From the NCBI GenBank assembly GCA_964016885.1, contig OZ024741.1:110112001-110176000 (forward strand): a stretch of 64,000 nucleotides of DNA, given 5' to 3'. Source of the stretch: Eledone cirrhosa (Eukaryota). The notes under the pieces are model-generated. The model was not told the origin of the DNA. It worked only from the letters and a program-made list of their open reading frames with translations, and made no database searches. Positions 1 to 12,529 of the stretch are shown here, piece after piece (positions within the stretch are counted from its first letter, which is position 1; the number at the start of each line of letters is the position of its first letter). Position numbers and translations under genes: made by a program.

Positions 1-423
1 GTAGTGTACGTTCGTAAATATGGGATTTCAGGAAATGTTCTTCTTTTGTCATATATGTTTTTTATTAATATAAAATAAAATTATTATTAGATTCTCCAGC
101 TGCCGTATCAATATGAATCACTTACAATAAAATTTCGCCGGAGATAGATTAGAAAATCTAATAATCGGGTGGGGTGGAATAAAAACCGGGGTGGGGGATC
201 TGACAAGTTAATAAGTTGGGGTGGGGACGATTATTCAAAACCTGAATTATTGATGGACGTAAGAATGAAAACTCAATACCGAAGTAGAGTTTAAACATTA
301 TGTTAATATGGCTAAGCCTTGGTACTCTGGAGTCTCACCTGCATATTCAACAGACAAGACTAATGATCCTGTGAGTGCGCAGGTGAAACTTTAGAGTAAC
401 AAGCTCACCAATTGCCATAATAA

Positions 424-487
<64 letters not shown>

Positions 488-488
488 A

Positions 489-598
<110 letters not shown>

Positions 599-740
599 AT
601 GAGTTATTTAATTTGTTGATTATTCAACAAATTTAGTTTATAACAGATTAGAAGCACTCAACAGTATTCTTCTGGAGTATAATATCAATAATATTAATAA
701 ATGGAAGCTATCATTATAAAACCATATTTGTTTTATTATA

Positions 741-920
741 TTGGCAGTATCGGTAGAGGGTTGGACGCCATGCTTTCTAGCATAGTTACGTCCCTTTACA
801 GTCTGAGTTCAAATCCCGCCGAGGTTAACTTTGCCCTTCATCCTTACGGGGTCGATAAAATAAAGTACCAGTAATGTACTGGGTAATTGCTGGCCTTGTG
901 CCAAAAGTAGAAACAATTAT
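741..920 (+). mobile_element. tRNA-derived SINE (Nin-domain-like core)
   Basis: A-box tggcagtatcgg, B-box gagttcaaatccc, core ttgcccttcatccttacggggtcgataaaataaagtaccag. More than 12 copies in the window. Confidence 0.85.
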
Positions 921-1094
921 ATATATTTCTAGGGTTCCAAAATTTTGGTGGGCTCTCATCAGTTAAAATACAAAAGCTGGTTTACAAATAGTGACATATT
1001 CAGACAATAACTTAATGTTGTGAGTTCTATTCAAATAAAACTCACAACATTAAGTTATTGTCTGAATATGTCACTATTTGTAAACCAGCTTTTG

Positions 1095-1155
1095 TATTTT
1101 AACTGATGAGAGCCTACCAAAATGTTGGTACCCTAGAAATATATATAATAAAACA
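1095..1155 (+). ncRNA. Type I hammerhead ribozyme, family A (slightly degenerate)
   Basis: tttta a CTGATGA gagcc taccaa aatg ttggta cccta GAA atatatat A ataaaa: core, stem II hairpin and palindromic stem III. Confidence 0.65.
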
Positions 1156-1300
1156 AATATGGTTTTATAATGATAGGTTCCATTTATTAATATTATTGAT
1201 ATATATATATATACGGCGATGAATTTTTTTTGCAAGGTGTTTGATATGAAATTGTGTGTTATATTTGGGAAGTGTGATATTGTTATAATATTGCCAGAAA

Positions 1301-1436
1301 TAATGTTTCTACTTTTGGCACAAGGCCAGCAATTACCGCAGTGCATTACTGGTGTTTTATTTTATCGACCCCGTAAGGATGAAAGGCTACGTTAACCTCG
1401 GCGGATTTGAACTCAGAACGTAAAGGCCCATAACTA
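1301..1436 (-). mobile_element. SINE copy, same family
   Basis: Reverse complement of the 741-920 family. Confidence 0.8.
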
Positions 1437-2388
1437 TATTGTTTGGTTTTCACTTCTGTATATTTTATATTCCTATAGTTAATTTAGCTGGCAATCAATG
1501 TTTATTATTGATTGAGCAACGGTTAAAAATATATATATAAATATATATATAATATATATATATAGTCTATCAAAGTTCTTTTATCACACCCATGTGACAT
1601 CATCAGTGGTACTATTAACGGGAGGAAACGTAATATGGAAAAAGATGAATAAACATAAAATGGAAAAAGAGTACTGACGTACATATACGTCAATACTTAT
1701 CTTTTTCCATTTATTAGTGGATTCTAAACCCCACTATCAGGCTAGGCCATGCATTATGTCCATGAGCAAGACACTTTAGTTCACGTTGCTCCTTCTACCT
1801 GGAGTTGCGACTGATAGATAGTATTAGCAATTGGAAAGGCCAACGGAAACATTATTTCCTCGGTCCGATTTGACAAAAGTGGATCGACACATTTTTTATA
1901 TATATATTTCTTCTCAAAAGATCCTTCTTGGCAAACGATTTAATATTGACCGAAATGCTAATGGTGTTACTAAACGAAAGCGACAAAAATAACTGAAGAA
2001 AATATTGAAGCATTTAAAGTAGAAGTTTCAAACACAAGGTCTCAAATGTGCCATTACGCTGGCAGAGAGGTTTAGTGGGTCAAAAGGGAGATGGGGTCGG
2101 GATTTCCAACAGTTATAGCGCTAACCTGTAATACAACTTAAAAGCTTCTATTTTTTAACATCAAATTGAATACGCATTTGATATTAAGTGGAGTGTGTGA
2201 CATTATGCTTTATAGCATATAGTTACGGCCATTTACATTTTGATTTCAAATCCCGCCGAAGTTAGTTTTGATACCGCCACCATCATCATCACCGCCACCA
2301 TCATCATCACCATCACCATCATCATCACCACCACCATCAACACAACGATCACCAACACCACCACCATTAACACTACCATTGGGGTCGA

Positions 2389-2500
2389 TTTCTTCTTCTT
2401 CTTCTTCTTCTTCTTCTTCTTCTTCTTCTTCTTCTTCTTCTTCTTCTTCTTCTTCTTCTTCTTCTTCTTCTTCTTCTTCTTCTTCTTCTTCTTCTTCTTC
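2389..2500. repeat. (TTC)n tract, probable (GAA)n 3' tail of the adjacent RTE LINE
   Basis: Pure trinucleotide run directly at the 3' end of the minus-strand LINE. Confidence 0.7.
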
Positions 2501-3775
2501 CTCTTTAGAGGGCCGTGGGAACAGAGTCCTCAAGTACTCCTTCCAGCGGGTCCTTTCAGAAGCAACCGTCTCAAATTGATCTGGCTGGGTCCCTAAGCAA
2601 GATCAGCCGAGCTCATGGATGTTATCTAACTATCTTGCTAGGAGCCTATCCCTGGGTCTCCTGCCGGCTCGTTTTCCCTGTAAAATCTGTCCAGCCATTC
2701 TTTCCTGAGACATTCTAGCCACATGCCCCTAATATCAGAACTGTGATCTCTTAATTCGGAGAAGTAGCGGCTCTACCTAGAATGATTCTGTGATCACCGA
2801 GTAACGTTACTCCAAAGACTCTTCGGAAGAACACCATTTCGGCCTCTTGTATTCGCGATCGTATTCTTTCGGTCATTACACAAGATTCATGAGGGTTGAT
2901 ACGAATATTGAATTCAAGATAGCGAATTTGGCTTTTACACCTACCTTATTTCCTCTGATTACCGATTGCTGAAGCTGGCGCATTACTGCACCAGTTCCTG
3001 TAATTATTGCACTATTTCAGCCACGTGCCTTCCATCACTAGTGCTTACAGCCCCGAGAAATTTGAACTTAACTATCTGCTTCAGTGGAGCTCCATTCACA
3101 TGTAGGGTGCACTATGCAGGCTTCCTTTAAAGGACGAGTGACTCAGTCTTCGTAGCTCTGATTTTCATTCCAGCTATGCAGCACTCGGCATCAAGCGCAT
3201 CAATTGCATGTCGGAGATCACGTTCTGATGAGTTAAGTAATACCATGCCGTCTGCAAATTCTAGCCGACTCATAGATAGTATTAGCAATTCTGCCAGTCG
3301 TGATACCACGACTGCGCATGTCAATCCTATTCATGACAATAATGAACAGGAGAGGTGAGAGTACGCTCCCTTGACCGAGTCTGACTCCCACATTGAATGA
3401 TTTCGATTTAGCACCATTTATCTGAATTCAAATACTCGATTTGTATAGAGATATCAGGGCAACAAGAAGCTGACCATCGATTCCATACTCCTGCAGAACC
3501 TTCCACAGCAGGTCCCGTTGAACGCGGTCATATGCCTTTTCGGGGTCTACAAAGCAAGAACACGCCTCTTGGCAATACTTCCACTATTTCTCAAAGACCT
3601 GCCACAGTATAAATATTTATGATGCGTCCGAGGTGAAAACCACACTGTTCATCAGCTAGCTTGGCCTCGACAATCTCCCTACATCTCTTTGCCAGACACG
3701 TAGCATAGACTTTACCAGGAATGTTTCACAAGGAGATCCCTCTATAATTGGAGCAATCTCAATGTTCTGCCGTTT
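2500..3775 (-). mobile_element. Degenerate 5'-truncated RTE-like LINE (RT domain + C-terminus)
   Basis: Minus-strand translation gives RT motifs: PGKVYA..., EQCGF, FVDPEKAYDRV, GVRLGQGSVLSPLLFIIVM, LEFADGMVLL, GMKIRATKTE. Frameshifts and stops present. Confidence 0.8.
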
Positions 3776-4804
3776 GTCATAAAATAGTAGTCTGTGGGCC
3801 GCGTATTTGAGGCCGATGGTTTAAAGCTAACACATCATATGGCTTTGTAAAACAGGCAGATACAAAGTTGAAGTGTCCCGGTGATTGAAAACATTCAGTT
3901 TTACATACTCATACGAGTAGACTAGGTATTTGAAATACGTGGGCCGCAAACTACATCTCTATAACTCGCAACAATACTTGTTTTCCTTGTTTTAATAATA
4001 CTTATAGTACAATTTATTGCAATTTATCTATGAAATACAATAAACTGTTAACAAACGGAATTTATCAAAAGTGAAAACAGAATTAAGGAAAATTTTTAAC
4101 GGAAAATGCCCCCCCCCCCCCCCCCGCCACATTTTGTACTAAGTCACATATCTCACTTACTATCATGGATATTTATTTTGATGTGGGTTGGTGGTGGGGA
4201 AATAGCAGCCTCTCAGCTGTATTGCAGATTAGCATTATAACTGGTGGAAATCACGCCCCAGACCCATTCATCCCACTTTTGGCCTGCTGTGTTCCACCCC
4301 CACCCTCCCAGAACATTATGATCATTTTGAGTCCTTGAGTTTGAAAACAGTGACGTAGACAATAATGATCAGGCTGAAAAACGATCAATGTTTATATAGA
4401 GCACAGCCTCGTCAGTATCTCAAGGAGAACCATTATCAGTAATTCCCGGGTGAATACAGAAACTGCTGATGAAAATCACAATAAAGCGCCAAAATATAAA
4501 AACAAAATCAAAAACTTCCTGTATCAGTCGAGGCTCATCGTCTTATATATATATATTCGAGTTCAATAATCGATGTTGGTTGATCTAAGCAATCAAAGAA
4601 TTTGGGTGTAATCAACCATAAGGACTCTCCGTCATAGTTATCCATAAATGTAAGAATAGGTAATACGTATATGGTATCTGAAGTAGTGATTATAAGAGTA
4701 AGAGGAGATGGTTTTGCATTTCACGATACATTTCATTGTCTTACGTAACACCTATTATACACATTCCATTGTCATCAAATTGTCATTATGTAATAATTAA
4801 TGAA

Positions 4805-4995
4805 GGCGGTGGATTGGCAGTATCGGTAGAGGGTCGGACGCTATGCTTTGACGCAAAGAGTTACGGCCCTTTCCATTCTGAGTTCAAATCCCGCCGAGGT
4901 TAACTTTGCCTTTCATCCTTACGGGGTCGATAAAATAAAGTACCAGTAATACACTGGGTAATTGCTGGCCTTGTGCCAAAAGTAGAAACAATTAT
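4805..4995 (+). mobile_element. Full-length SINE copy
   Basis: ggcggtggattggcagtatcgg ... gagttcaaatccc ... gtagaaacaattat. Confidence 0.85.
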
Positions 4996-5762
4996 GTAAT
5001 AATTAATGAATTATCATAAGACAGGCGTTGAGAATGTAAACAATGTTTTTGTTTTTGATATGCCCGCTGTTAAAGAGTTGTTTATTTATATGCCTGCTGG
5101 AATTCGAATGAATAACAACTCCCTGGGAAGGTGTTCTCTATCACTGTATGCATCAATAGAGAAGACCTCCCCAAATATCCATTCAAAAACACCCCACCCA
5201 AGTCTTCCCTTATCTACATTGTACCTACTACTGAAAATTCAGTCCGTGTACACTGATGAATCTCCAGAGTAACAATACCCACCATTTAGTTATAATAAAG
5301 AGTATTTATATATATATATATATATATGTAAGTATGCATGTATACGTACATACATATATGTATACATACGTACAGTAGCATGCACATATATACATATATA
5401 TATACATATGCATACAGGTACACATACATATATGCACGTATCAGTTTAGCACTGATACGTGCATATATGTATGTGTACCTGTATGCATATGTATATATAT
5501 ATGTATATATATATATATATATGTGCATGCTACTGTACGTCTGTATACATATATGTATGTACGTATACATGCATACTTACATTTAAGTAAGTGCCATACT
5601 AAGAGTGAGAAATGAAATTTCGTTTTCATTTTGTTTCAATTTATCGTTTTCGGTATGCCTGACCGATTTAACTCACTCAATATGCAAATTAGGCTGCTCA
5701 GCCGTTAATTTTCATAAGGAAAGTATATACTTTCGAACGTTCAACTATCTGGCAGATGGGTA

Positions 5763-5807
5763 AACGGTGCTGATGATAGCTAACAAGCTTGAAACTAGTA
5801 CATCGTT
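5763..5807 (+). ncRNA. Type I hammerhead ribozyme (retrozyme unit 1)
   Basis: aacggtg CTGATGA t agct aaca agct t GAA actagt A catcgtt: 7-bp stem I, 4-bp stem II, palindromic stem III, GUA cleavage triplet. Confidence 0.9.
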
Positions 5808-6230
5808 CCTGTGTCAGTGTTGAACAAAAAGGTGACGTGGTTGCCTTAACACCGTATGGCATAAATTCAGGCTGTTCAGTTTGTTTACAAACGAACAAAG
5901 CGACGTTAGCGCCGCTAAACTGATACGTGCATATATGTATGTGTACCTGTATGCATATGTATATATATATGTATATATATATATATATATGTGCATGCTA
6001 CTGTACGTCTGTATACATATATGTATGTACGTATACATGCATACTTACATTTAAGTAAGTGCCATACTAAGAGTGAGAAATGAAATTTCGTTTTCATTTT
6101 GTTTCAATTTATCGTTTTCGGTATGCCTGACCGATTTAACTCACTCAATATGCAAATTAGGCTGCTCAGCCGTTAATTTTCATAAGGAAAGTATATACTT
6201 TCGAACGTTCAACTATCTGGCAGATGGGTA

Positions 6231-6275
6231 AACGGTGCTGATGATAGCTAACAAGCTTGAAACTAGTACATCGTT
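6231..6275 (+). ncRNA. Type I hammerhead ribozyme (retrozyme unit 2)
   Basis: Identical to 5763-5807, 468 bp downstream. Confidence 0.9.
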
Positions 6276-6433
6276 CCTGTGTCAGTGTTGAACAAAAAGG
6301 TGACGTGGTTGCCTTAACACCGTATGGCATAAATTCAGGCTGTTCAGTTTGTTTACAAACGAACAAAGCGACGTTAGCGCCGCTAAACTGATACGTGCAT
6401 ATATGTATGTGTACCTGTATGCATATGTATATA

Positions 6434-6467
<34 letters not shown>

Positions 6468-6580
6468 CATGCTACTGTACGTCTGTATACATATATGTAT
6501 GTACGTATACATGCATACTTACATTTAAGTAAGTGCCATACTAAGAGTGAGAAATGAAATTTCGTTTTCATTTTGTTTCA

Positions 6581-6644
<64 letters not shown>

Positions 6645-6727
6645 ACTAGAATCTTAGAGCTTACTTTGCGGGTGATATGGCACATGTCTTTCTGGCATGA
6701 CACCCATAATTTTGATTATCTTAATTT

Positions 6728-6779
<52 letters not shown>

Positions 6780-6783
<4 letters not shown>

Positions 6784-7214
6784 TAAAAAGGAAAAGAAAA
6801 TGCTGACACATTTTTCCCAGTGAAAAATAGTTTAATTAAGAATAAGTATAAATTAGTAGTTGTTTTTACTTTAGGCACAAGACCAGCAATTACCCAGTGC
6901 ATTTAGTAATAAGTATTGGTTAGTATTCAGTTTTAGTTTTAAGTTTTTACCGGTTGCGCATTTCTAATGCTTTTCAAAAATAATTTTGAGATAGAGCGCC
7001 CGTGATGTTTGCTCTAATCAGATTAGAGCAAACATCACGAGTACTCTATCTCAAAATTATTTTTGAAAAGCATTAGAAATGCGCAACCGGTAAAAACTTA
7101 AAACTAAAACTGAATACTAACCAATACTTATTACTAATTTATACTTATTCCTAATTAAACGATTTTTCACTGGGAAAAATTTGTTAGCATTTTCTTTTCC
7201 TTTTTACTAATATA
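6780..7214. mobile_element. Fold-back copy of the PLE 3' end/pLTR (homologous to 38878-39085)
   Basis: Palindrome centred near 7020. A SINE fragment is inserted in the left arm (~6860-6903). Sequence matches the 3' terminus of the PLE at 38.9 kb. HHR-like ttgaaaa gcatt aga aatgc gca accggt a at 7063-7092. Confidence 0.8.
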
Positions 7215-7281
7215 TCACAACTCGTGTGTCACACCTCTATTTTGATGTGAGAAAAACCACAGACCCTCCATCTCAACTCTA

Positions 7282-7317
7282 CTTTTGAAAAGCAGAAGAA
7301 CTGCGAAACCGGTAAAG
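7282..7317 (+). ncRNA. Hammerhead variant with U3:A8 core
   Basis: ctt TTGAAAA gcag aagaa ctgc GAA accggt A aag. Confidence 0.6.
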
Positions 7318-7386
7318 GAACCAAATAAATATATATATATTTTTTTAAATAAGACTCCAGTTGCATTTTCGATTTTATCTTTTTTT

Positions 7387-7424
<38 letters not shown>

Positions 7425-7428
<4 letters not shown>

Positions 7429-7730
7429 ATACTTTGGGAGGGTCATGTTGCCAATAAGAAACACACGCACCAGTAGCTTTCACTCCAATTTATTATAAAA
7501 TAAATTTATAAATTTAAGAATTTATAAATTTCCGGTTGGTTGGTTGGTTGGTTCCACAGCCTGGTGGTTGTTCATATATTGTCAAAGTTCTTTTGTCACA
7601 CATTCTGTGACCTCTTCAGTGACTGCGGATTCTTCTCTTTGTTTTGTGCCGCTCCTTTGTTCTGTCCTACGCCATCTTGTTTTTGTGTGTGTTGTGTGAT
7701 TCGTTTGCGCATGTGTTACATCCGGATGTC
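7425..7730 (-). mobile_element. HHR element family H (collinear copies at ~31180-31460 and ~43767-44170)
   Basis: Shared segments ttgttatactttgggagggtcatg...aaacacacgcacc and gtcacacattctgtgacctcttcagtgac. Confidence 0.7.
7581..7623 (-). ncRNA. Type I hammerhead, family H
   Basis: Minus strand: gtca CTGAAGA g gtcaca gaatg tgtgac aAA agaact T tgac. The sister copies at ~31345-31388 and ~44075-44115 restore GAA. Confidence 0.65.
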
Positions 7731-7860
7731 TGTGTGTGTTTTTATTTGTTATTCAGAAACGATATATATATATATATTATCCAATGTATTTCATTTTTTT
7801 TACGCGCTCCTTAACTGCTTACGTACCAGCGCGACACTTATTCCCGCTCTGTCATACATA

Positions 7861-7953
<93 letters not shown>

Positions 7954-8404
7954 CTATTTTTTGACGAAAGTCTATTATATTTCCTCCTTTCCGACGTTAC
8001 CATTTGCCCAACTTGTCTGCGCCATATCCTCTTCAGTTTCCAGTCATAGCACATTTTATTGTTATGTGTTTACGTGCTCGTGTTGAATCAGCAGCGTGAA
8101 TGTCCTTGTCACTGTGGTTGACTCCTGACCTTGGCTTTCCTGCCGACGTTTGATAAACTGCGGCAATGCGCTACTGCTCATTCAACAAAGTCCACATACA
8201 GACATTTTTTGTACTTTGGATCTTCATGCCACACACAGTAACGAATATCCTTCACAGACACGTGGAATTCCGTTTGTGTTATAGTCATAGTCTGTTATGG
8301 ATTTATGGCTGTAAGTATTTATGTTGGTGCCAATGGCTTCATCATTCTCTACGTCTGGCAAATGATCAATCCACTTATAAGTTATTGGTCAACCCACAGC
8401 TGAG

Positions 8405-8569
8405 CTGGCCAGCAGGAGATGTGAGCCTCGCGAGTTGGAATGGCTCTTCCAGCGCATCTCCATTACCATCCTCCGGGGAAACGCCTTCTCCATTCTGTCC
8501 GCCGGAGCTGTGGGGAGGCCAGCACGTGGGACCCTATTTGCTCACCATACAGAGAGATGGAGGCGATGA
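8405..8569 (+). mobile_element. CRE-clade (restriction-like endonuclease) non-LTR retrotransposon C-terminal fragment
   Basis: Frame not in the ORF track: LASRRCEPRELEWLFQRISITILRGNAFSILSAG...*, matching the 'QRxSIAIQRGNA' terminal motif of CRE elements. GC-rich island. Confidence 0.65.
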
Positions 8570-8866
8570 CAGCGGGAGTTCGGCTCTACCACGTTCGGAC
8601 CATATCCTTGTGGCGATGATAGAAGACACTTCACAAGGTACCACACAGTGGGATCGAACTCTAAACCCCCCACTACTACGACCACCACCACCACAACTAA
8701 CGCCACATACACGTACACACGTTCATACATACCTTTCTCTGCAAAAATGTGGGTATATATCTTTCTTTCTCTCTTTCTTGTTTTTGTATTCATTTTCTTT
8801 AAACGGTTTATAATTCCAGGCCTTTTCCTTTCTTTTTAACCATCTTACATACATCATATTAATCAT

Positions 8867-8965
<99 letters not shown>

Positions 8966-9409
8966 ACACACACACGGACGAGGATTACAATAATCAAATT
9001 GCTACCTCCCCCCGCCCCCGACACATGTATAATCTATCACCACCGCCGCCGCCATCACAGCACAAGTCAAATTAAGGTTTGTTTCTTGTTAATCTTGTGA
9101 GGTCATTCGGTGTAATTTTAACGTCGTCTCAATTCTGTTTAGCTACAAACAATTAAAGAGGGAGCCTTTTGTATGGTCGTTCGACTTGTTAGAAATAACA
9201 GTCAAATCTTCTCAATTTCTTCTGAATTGCCTAAGAAGAAAACAATATCGGGAAAATTGGATAAAATAATACTATTTATAAAGCAAATAGAACGCTTTAC
9301 ACCATTAGTTCCGACTCTCTGCTCTCAGAATTCAAATCGCGCCAAAATCAATTTTGCCCTTCATACGTTAGCGGTCGATAAATAAAGTATCAGTCTAGTA
9401 CTGCTGTAT

Positions 9410-9509
<100 letters not shown>

Positions 9510-10018
9510 AAATAAATCGTCTGGTTTAAATCCGCTAAGTTTAAATGCATGCATGTCAAAACAGCGTCCCTATGCTCAACCAAGAGTTAAGGACCTATGG
9601 CAGTTCTTAGTTATACGAAGAAGAAAATGAAAAAGATGATTACCACTGGAATGCCGTTGGTTATAAGTCGGCTCAATGAACGCTGATCTGAGGGTAAACA
9701 GCATCAACAACAACAACAAAAATAACAACGAAAACAACGATAACAACAACAAAGACGCCGACGGATCGAAATACTTTGGCTATTAGAGATTACCCATGTA
9801 TTTGATAGACAGAATCTCTCCACGTGGGAAGATAATTCTAATAAGATATGTTGATGAATTTTAAACGAAAAAGAAAATCCAGATTCAAATGGATCTAGTT
9901 TTGAAAGCCAGCTGGTGAAAAACAACAAACGTATTTCAGTTGTCTTATACCTCCCCAGCGAAGCATATCATACTCAATTGGCAAAACGGATCAATATATA
10001 TGATGAAATGTGATGTGG

Positions 10019-10067
<49 letters not shown>

Positions 10068-10196
10068 AAAGGTTCTACAGGACTAGAACCGTTTCATTCG
10101 TGAGAAATCATCAGGAAGCTTACTGTGGTTACCCCCGATTGAACCCGGAATAACTTATATATATGTATATATATATATATATAAATATATATATAA

Positions 10197-10350
10197 CAAG
10201 AAAGGTGTGGTAATATACCAGGTGGAGCATAACGCAACAGAGTACTCAATACTTGGGGGTAGTACAGTGGGTAATATGAAAAGATTCAGGACCCCAGTTC
10301 GGATCTAGCTGTCGAAACGGCCGGAGCTCAGCCCTCGGGGTCCTGAATCT

Positions 10351-10357
<7 letters not shown>
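10197..10357. mobile_element. Fold-back element family E (HHR-like 3' half)
   Basis: atatgaaaagattcaggacccc / ggggtcctgaatcttttcatat inverted arms around gtc GAAA cggc..gcc tc. Other copies at 34055-34198, 43520-43712 and 48497-48555. Confidence 0.65.
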
Positions 10358-10427
<70 letters not shown>

Positions 10428-10428
10428 T

Positions 10429-10567
<139 letters not shown>

Positions 10568-10587
10568 TATACATACATATATATATA

Positions 10588-10629
<42 letters not shown>

Positions 10630-10665
10630 TATACATACATATATATATATATATACATATATATG

Positions 10666-10965
10666 TAGGAGGTGAGTTTTATTGTAGTACAATAAAGCAA
10701 TGCAGATATCGGATAAGAAGCACTCTACAGTTTGTGGGACTGGAGTATGCATAATATAAGATCAAAAGATGGTTAAAGGAGTTCCATATATTTTATTATG
10801 CGCATTTCAAAACTGCACTATCAACAAGTGTTTTTTAGCCTTCATATCATGTTCTCCTGTTTTATCTGATGAAAACACAAATATTATTGTTTGATGATGT
10901 TTGTTTTTGAAATGCGCATAATAAAATATATGGAACTCCTTTAACCATCTTTTGATCTTATATTA
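10666..10965. mobile_element. Fold-back HHR element family B
   Basis: Left arm (minus) ends near 10812. The right arm carries an intact HHR. (TA)n on both sides. Confidence 0.8.
10859..10927 (+). ncRNA. Type I hammerhead, family B
   Basis: ttttat CTGATGA [aaacacaaat...gtttgttttt long stem II] GAA atgcgcat A ataaaa. Palindromic stem III, AUA triplet. Confidence 0.8.
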
Positions 10966-10968
10966 TAC

Positions 10969-11000
<32 letters not shown>

Positions 11001-11054
11001 TCAGAGATCCAAAATCAGGGTGCATGCAAGTGGTGATATGTATGTGGATGTGTC

Positions 11055-11102
<48 letters not shown>

Positions 11103-11269
11103 AGATAGTGGTTGTGGTGTTGATGTTGACGAAAAGTGGACAGATGAGAGTGGGTAGAAGGGGGAGTTACAGTACTTTATCATCAGTAATTCTGTTGCCC
11201 ATTACGCACGTCAGTTAGGTTAGCAAGTTTCTAATCACATCCGTCATTGTGTATGCATCTAATTAACAA

Positions 11270-11336
<67 letters not shown>

Positions 11337-11646
11337 TATATATATATATATGTATAATATGCATGCATATGTATACGCAACTATATATGTACGCATATAC
11401 ATGCACCATCATGCATGTATACACATCTAATTAACGCAAGCAAACACACACACACTGTCACTCTCCCTTACTCACCACCACCCCACTCTCTCACTCTCCC
11501 TCTCTCCATCTCACTCAAACATGTGACCAATTAATGATGAGATGTAATGTGCTGATATATTCAGTGTTCTATGTATTATCAGGGTACATGTGGTGATACA
11601 TACATACTTATGAATATATAAACATGCACACACACACATATATATA

Positions 11647-11679
<33 letters not shown>

Positions 11680-11683
11680 ACAT

Positions 11684-11724
<41 letters not shown>

Positions 11725-11952
11725 CGTTATTCCGGGTTGAATCGGAGGTAACCACAGTAAGTAAGGTACTCAATACATTGCAGAGTATAACAGTTTTAAT
11801 ATAGATGAGATTCTACAGGACTAGAACTGTTTCATTCTTTAGAAATCATCAGGAATCTCAGATTCCTGATGATTTCTAAATCATCAGATTCCTGATGATT
11901 TCTAAAGAATGAAACAGTTCTAGTCCTGTAGAATCTCATCTATATTAAAACT
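11725..11952. mobile_element. Fold-back HHR element family C
   Basis: Inverted arms meet at ~11860-11885 with a short internal duplication. HHR on minus (11808-11858) and plus (11886-11936). Embedded in (TA)n. Confidence 0.85.
11886..11936 (+). ncRNA. Type I hammerhead, family C
   Basis: agattc CTGATGA t ttct aa agaa t GAA acag ttctagtc ctgt A gaatct. GUA triplet. Confidence 0.85.
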
Positions 11953-12030
11953 ATATATATATATATATATAGTAATAATAATAAATTTGAAGCGATACTT
12001 TGCTTAAACTTTAATCTGTTATTTTAATAA

Positions 12031-12065
<35 letters not shown>

Positions 12066-12084
12066 TTGAGAATGTTCGATCTAT

Positions 12085-12460
12085 ATCGGCCCTTTACGTT
12101 CTGATTTCAAATCCCGCTGAGGTTAGCTTTGCCTTTCATCCTTACAGGGTCAATAAAATAAAGTACCAGTCACGCACTGCGGTCGATTTAATCTACTTTC
12201 CCCTCCCCCAAAATTGCTGGCCTTGTGCGTATAGTAGAAATCATTATTTTATACGGGAAAGTTTGAATTGGCAGAATCGTAGGAGCATCAAAAAATGTAT
12301 TTGTGTTATTTGTTCAAACTCTTAATGTTCTGAGTTCAAATTTTGCCTTTCATCCTTCCAGGATTGAGAAAATATAGTACCAGTCAGACACTGGGGTCAT
12401 TATAATTGGCTTTCTCCGCCCGTCTCTTTGCTGGCCTTATATTTAAATTAGAAAATATTA
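12085..12460 (+). mobile_element. Two tandem SINE copies (diverged)
   Basis: B-box and Nin-like core each present twice. Confidence 0.7.
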
Positions 12461-12529
12461 ATTTAAACAGAGAAATTTAAATTGTTATGTTGTGGTATTT
12501 ATGCTGTCTATAAGAGGTATATTTGAAGA

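Larger units (their letters stand above)
5327..6585 (+). mobile_element. Retrozyme-like 468-bp tandem repeat (2.4 units) with an inverted leading segment
   Basis: Units 5451-5918, 5919-6386 and partial 6387-6585 are near-identical. 5327-5450 is an inverted copy of the unit start. Bounded by (TA)n on both sides. One HHR per full unit. Confidence 0.85.

Noticed and set aside
741-920. A/B-box sequences as tRNA genes
   Set aside because: No cloverleaf. They are heads of a multi-copy SINE with a shared core and tail.
1658-1713. Small hairpin aaatggaaaaagagtactgacgta...tacgtcaatacttatctttttccattt
   Set aside because: No convincing HHR core or second copy, so it cannot be classified.
3790-3960. 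gggccgc...tttgaggcc motifs resembling hAT termini
   Set aside because: Too short and degenerate, with no matching opposite end or TSD.
8166-8813. 215-aa ORF as a host gene
   Set aside because: It spans a composite of repeats. The meaningful frame is the CRE-like fragment in another frame.
9690-10010. Asn-rich stretch as a coding exon
   Set aside because: In-frame stops and no recognisable domain.
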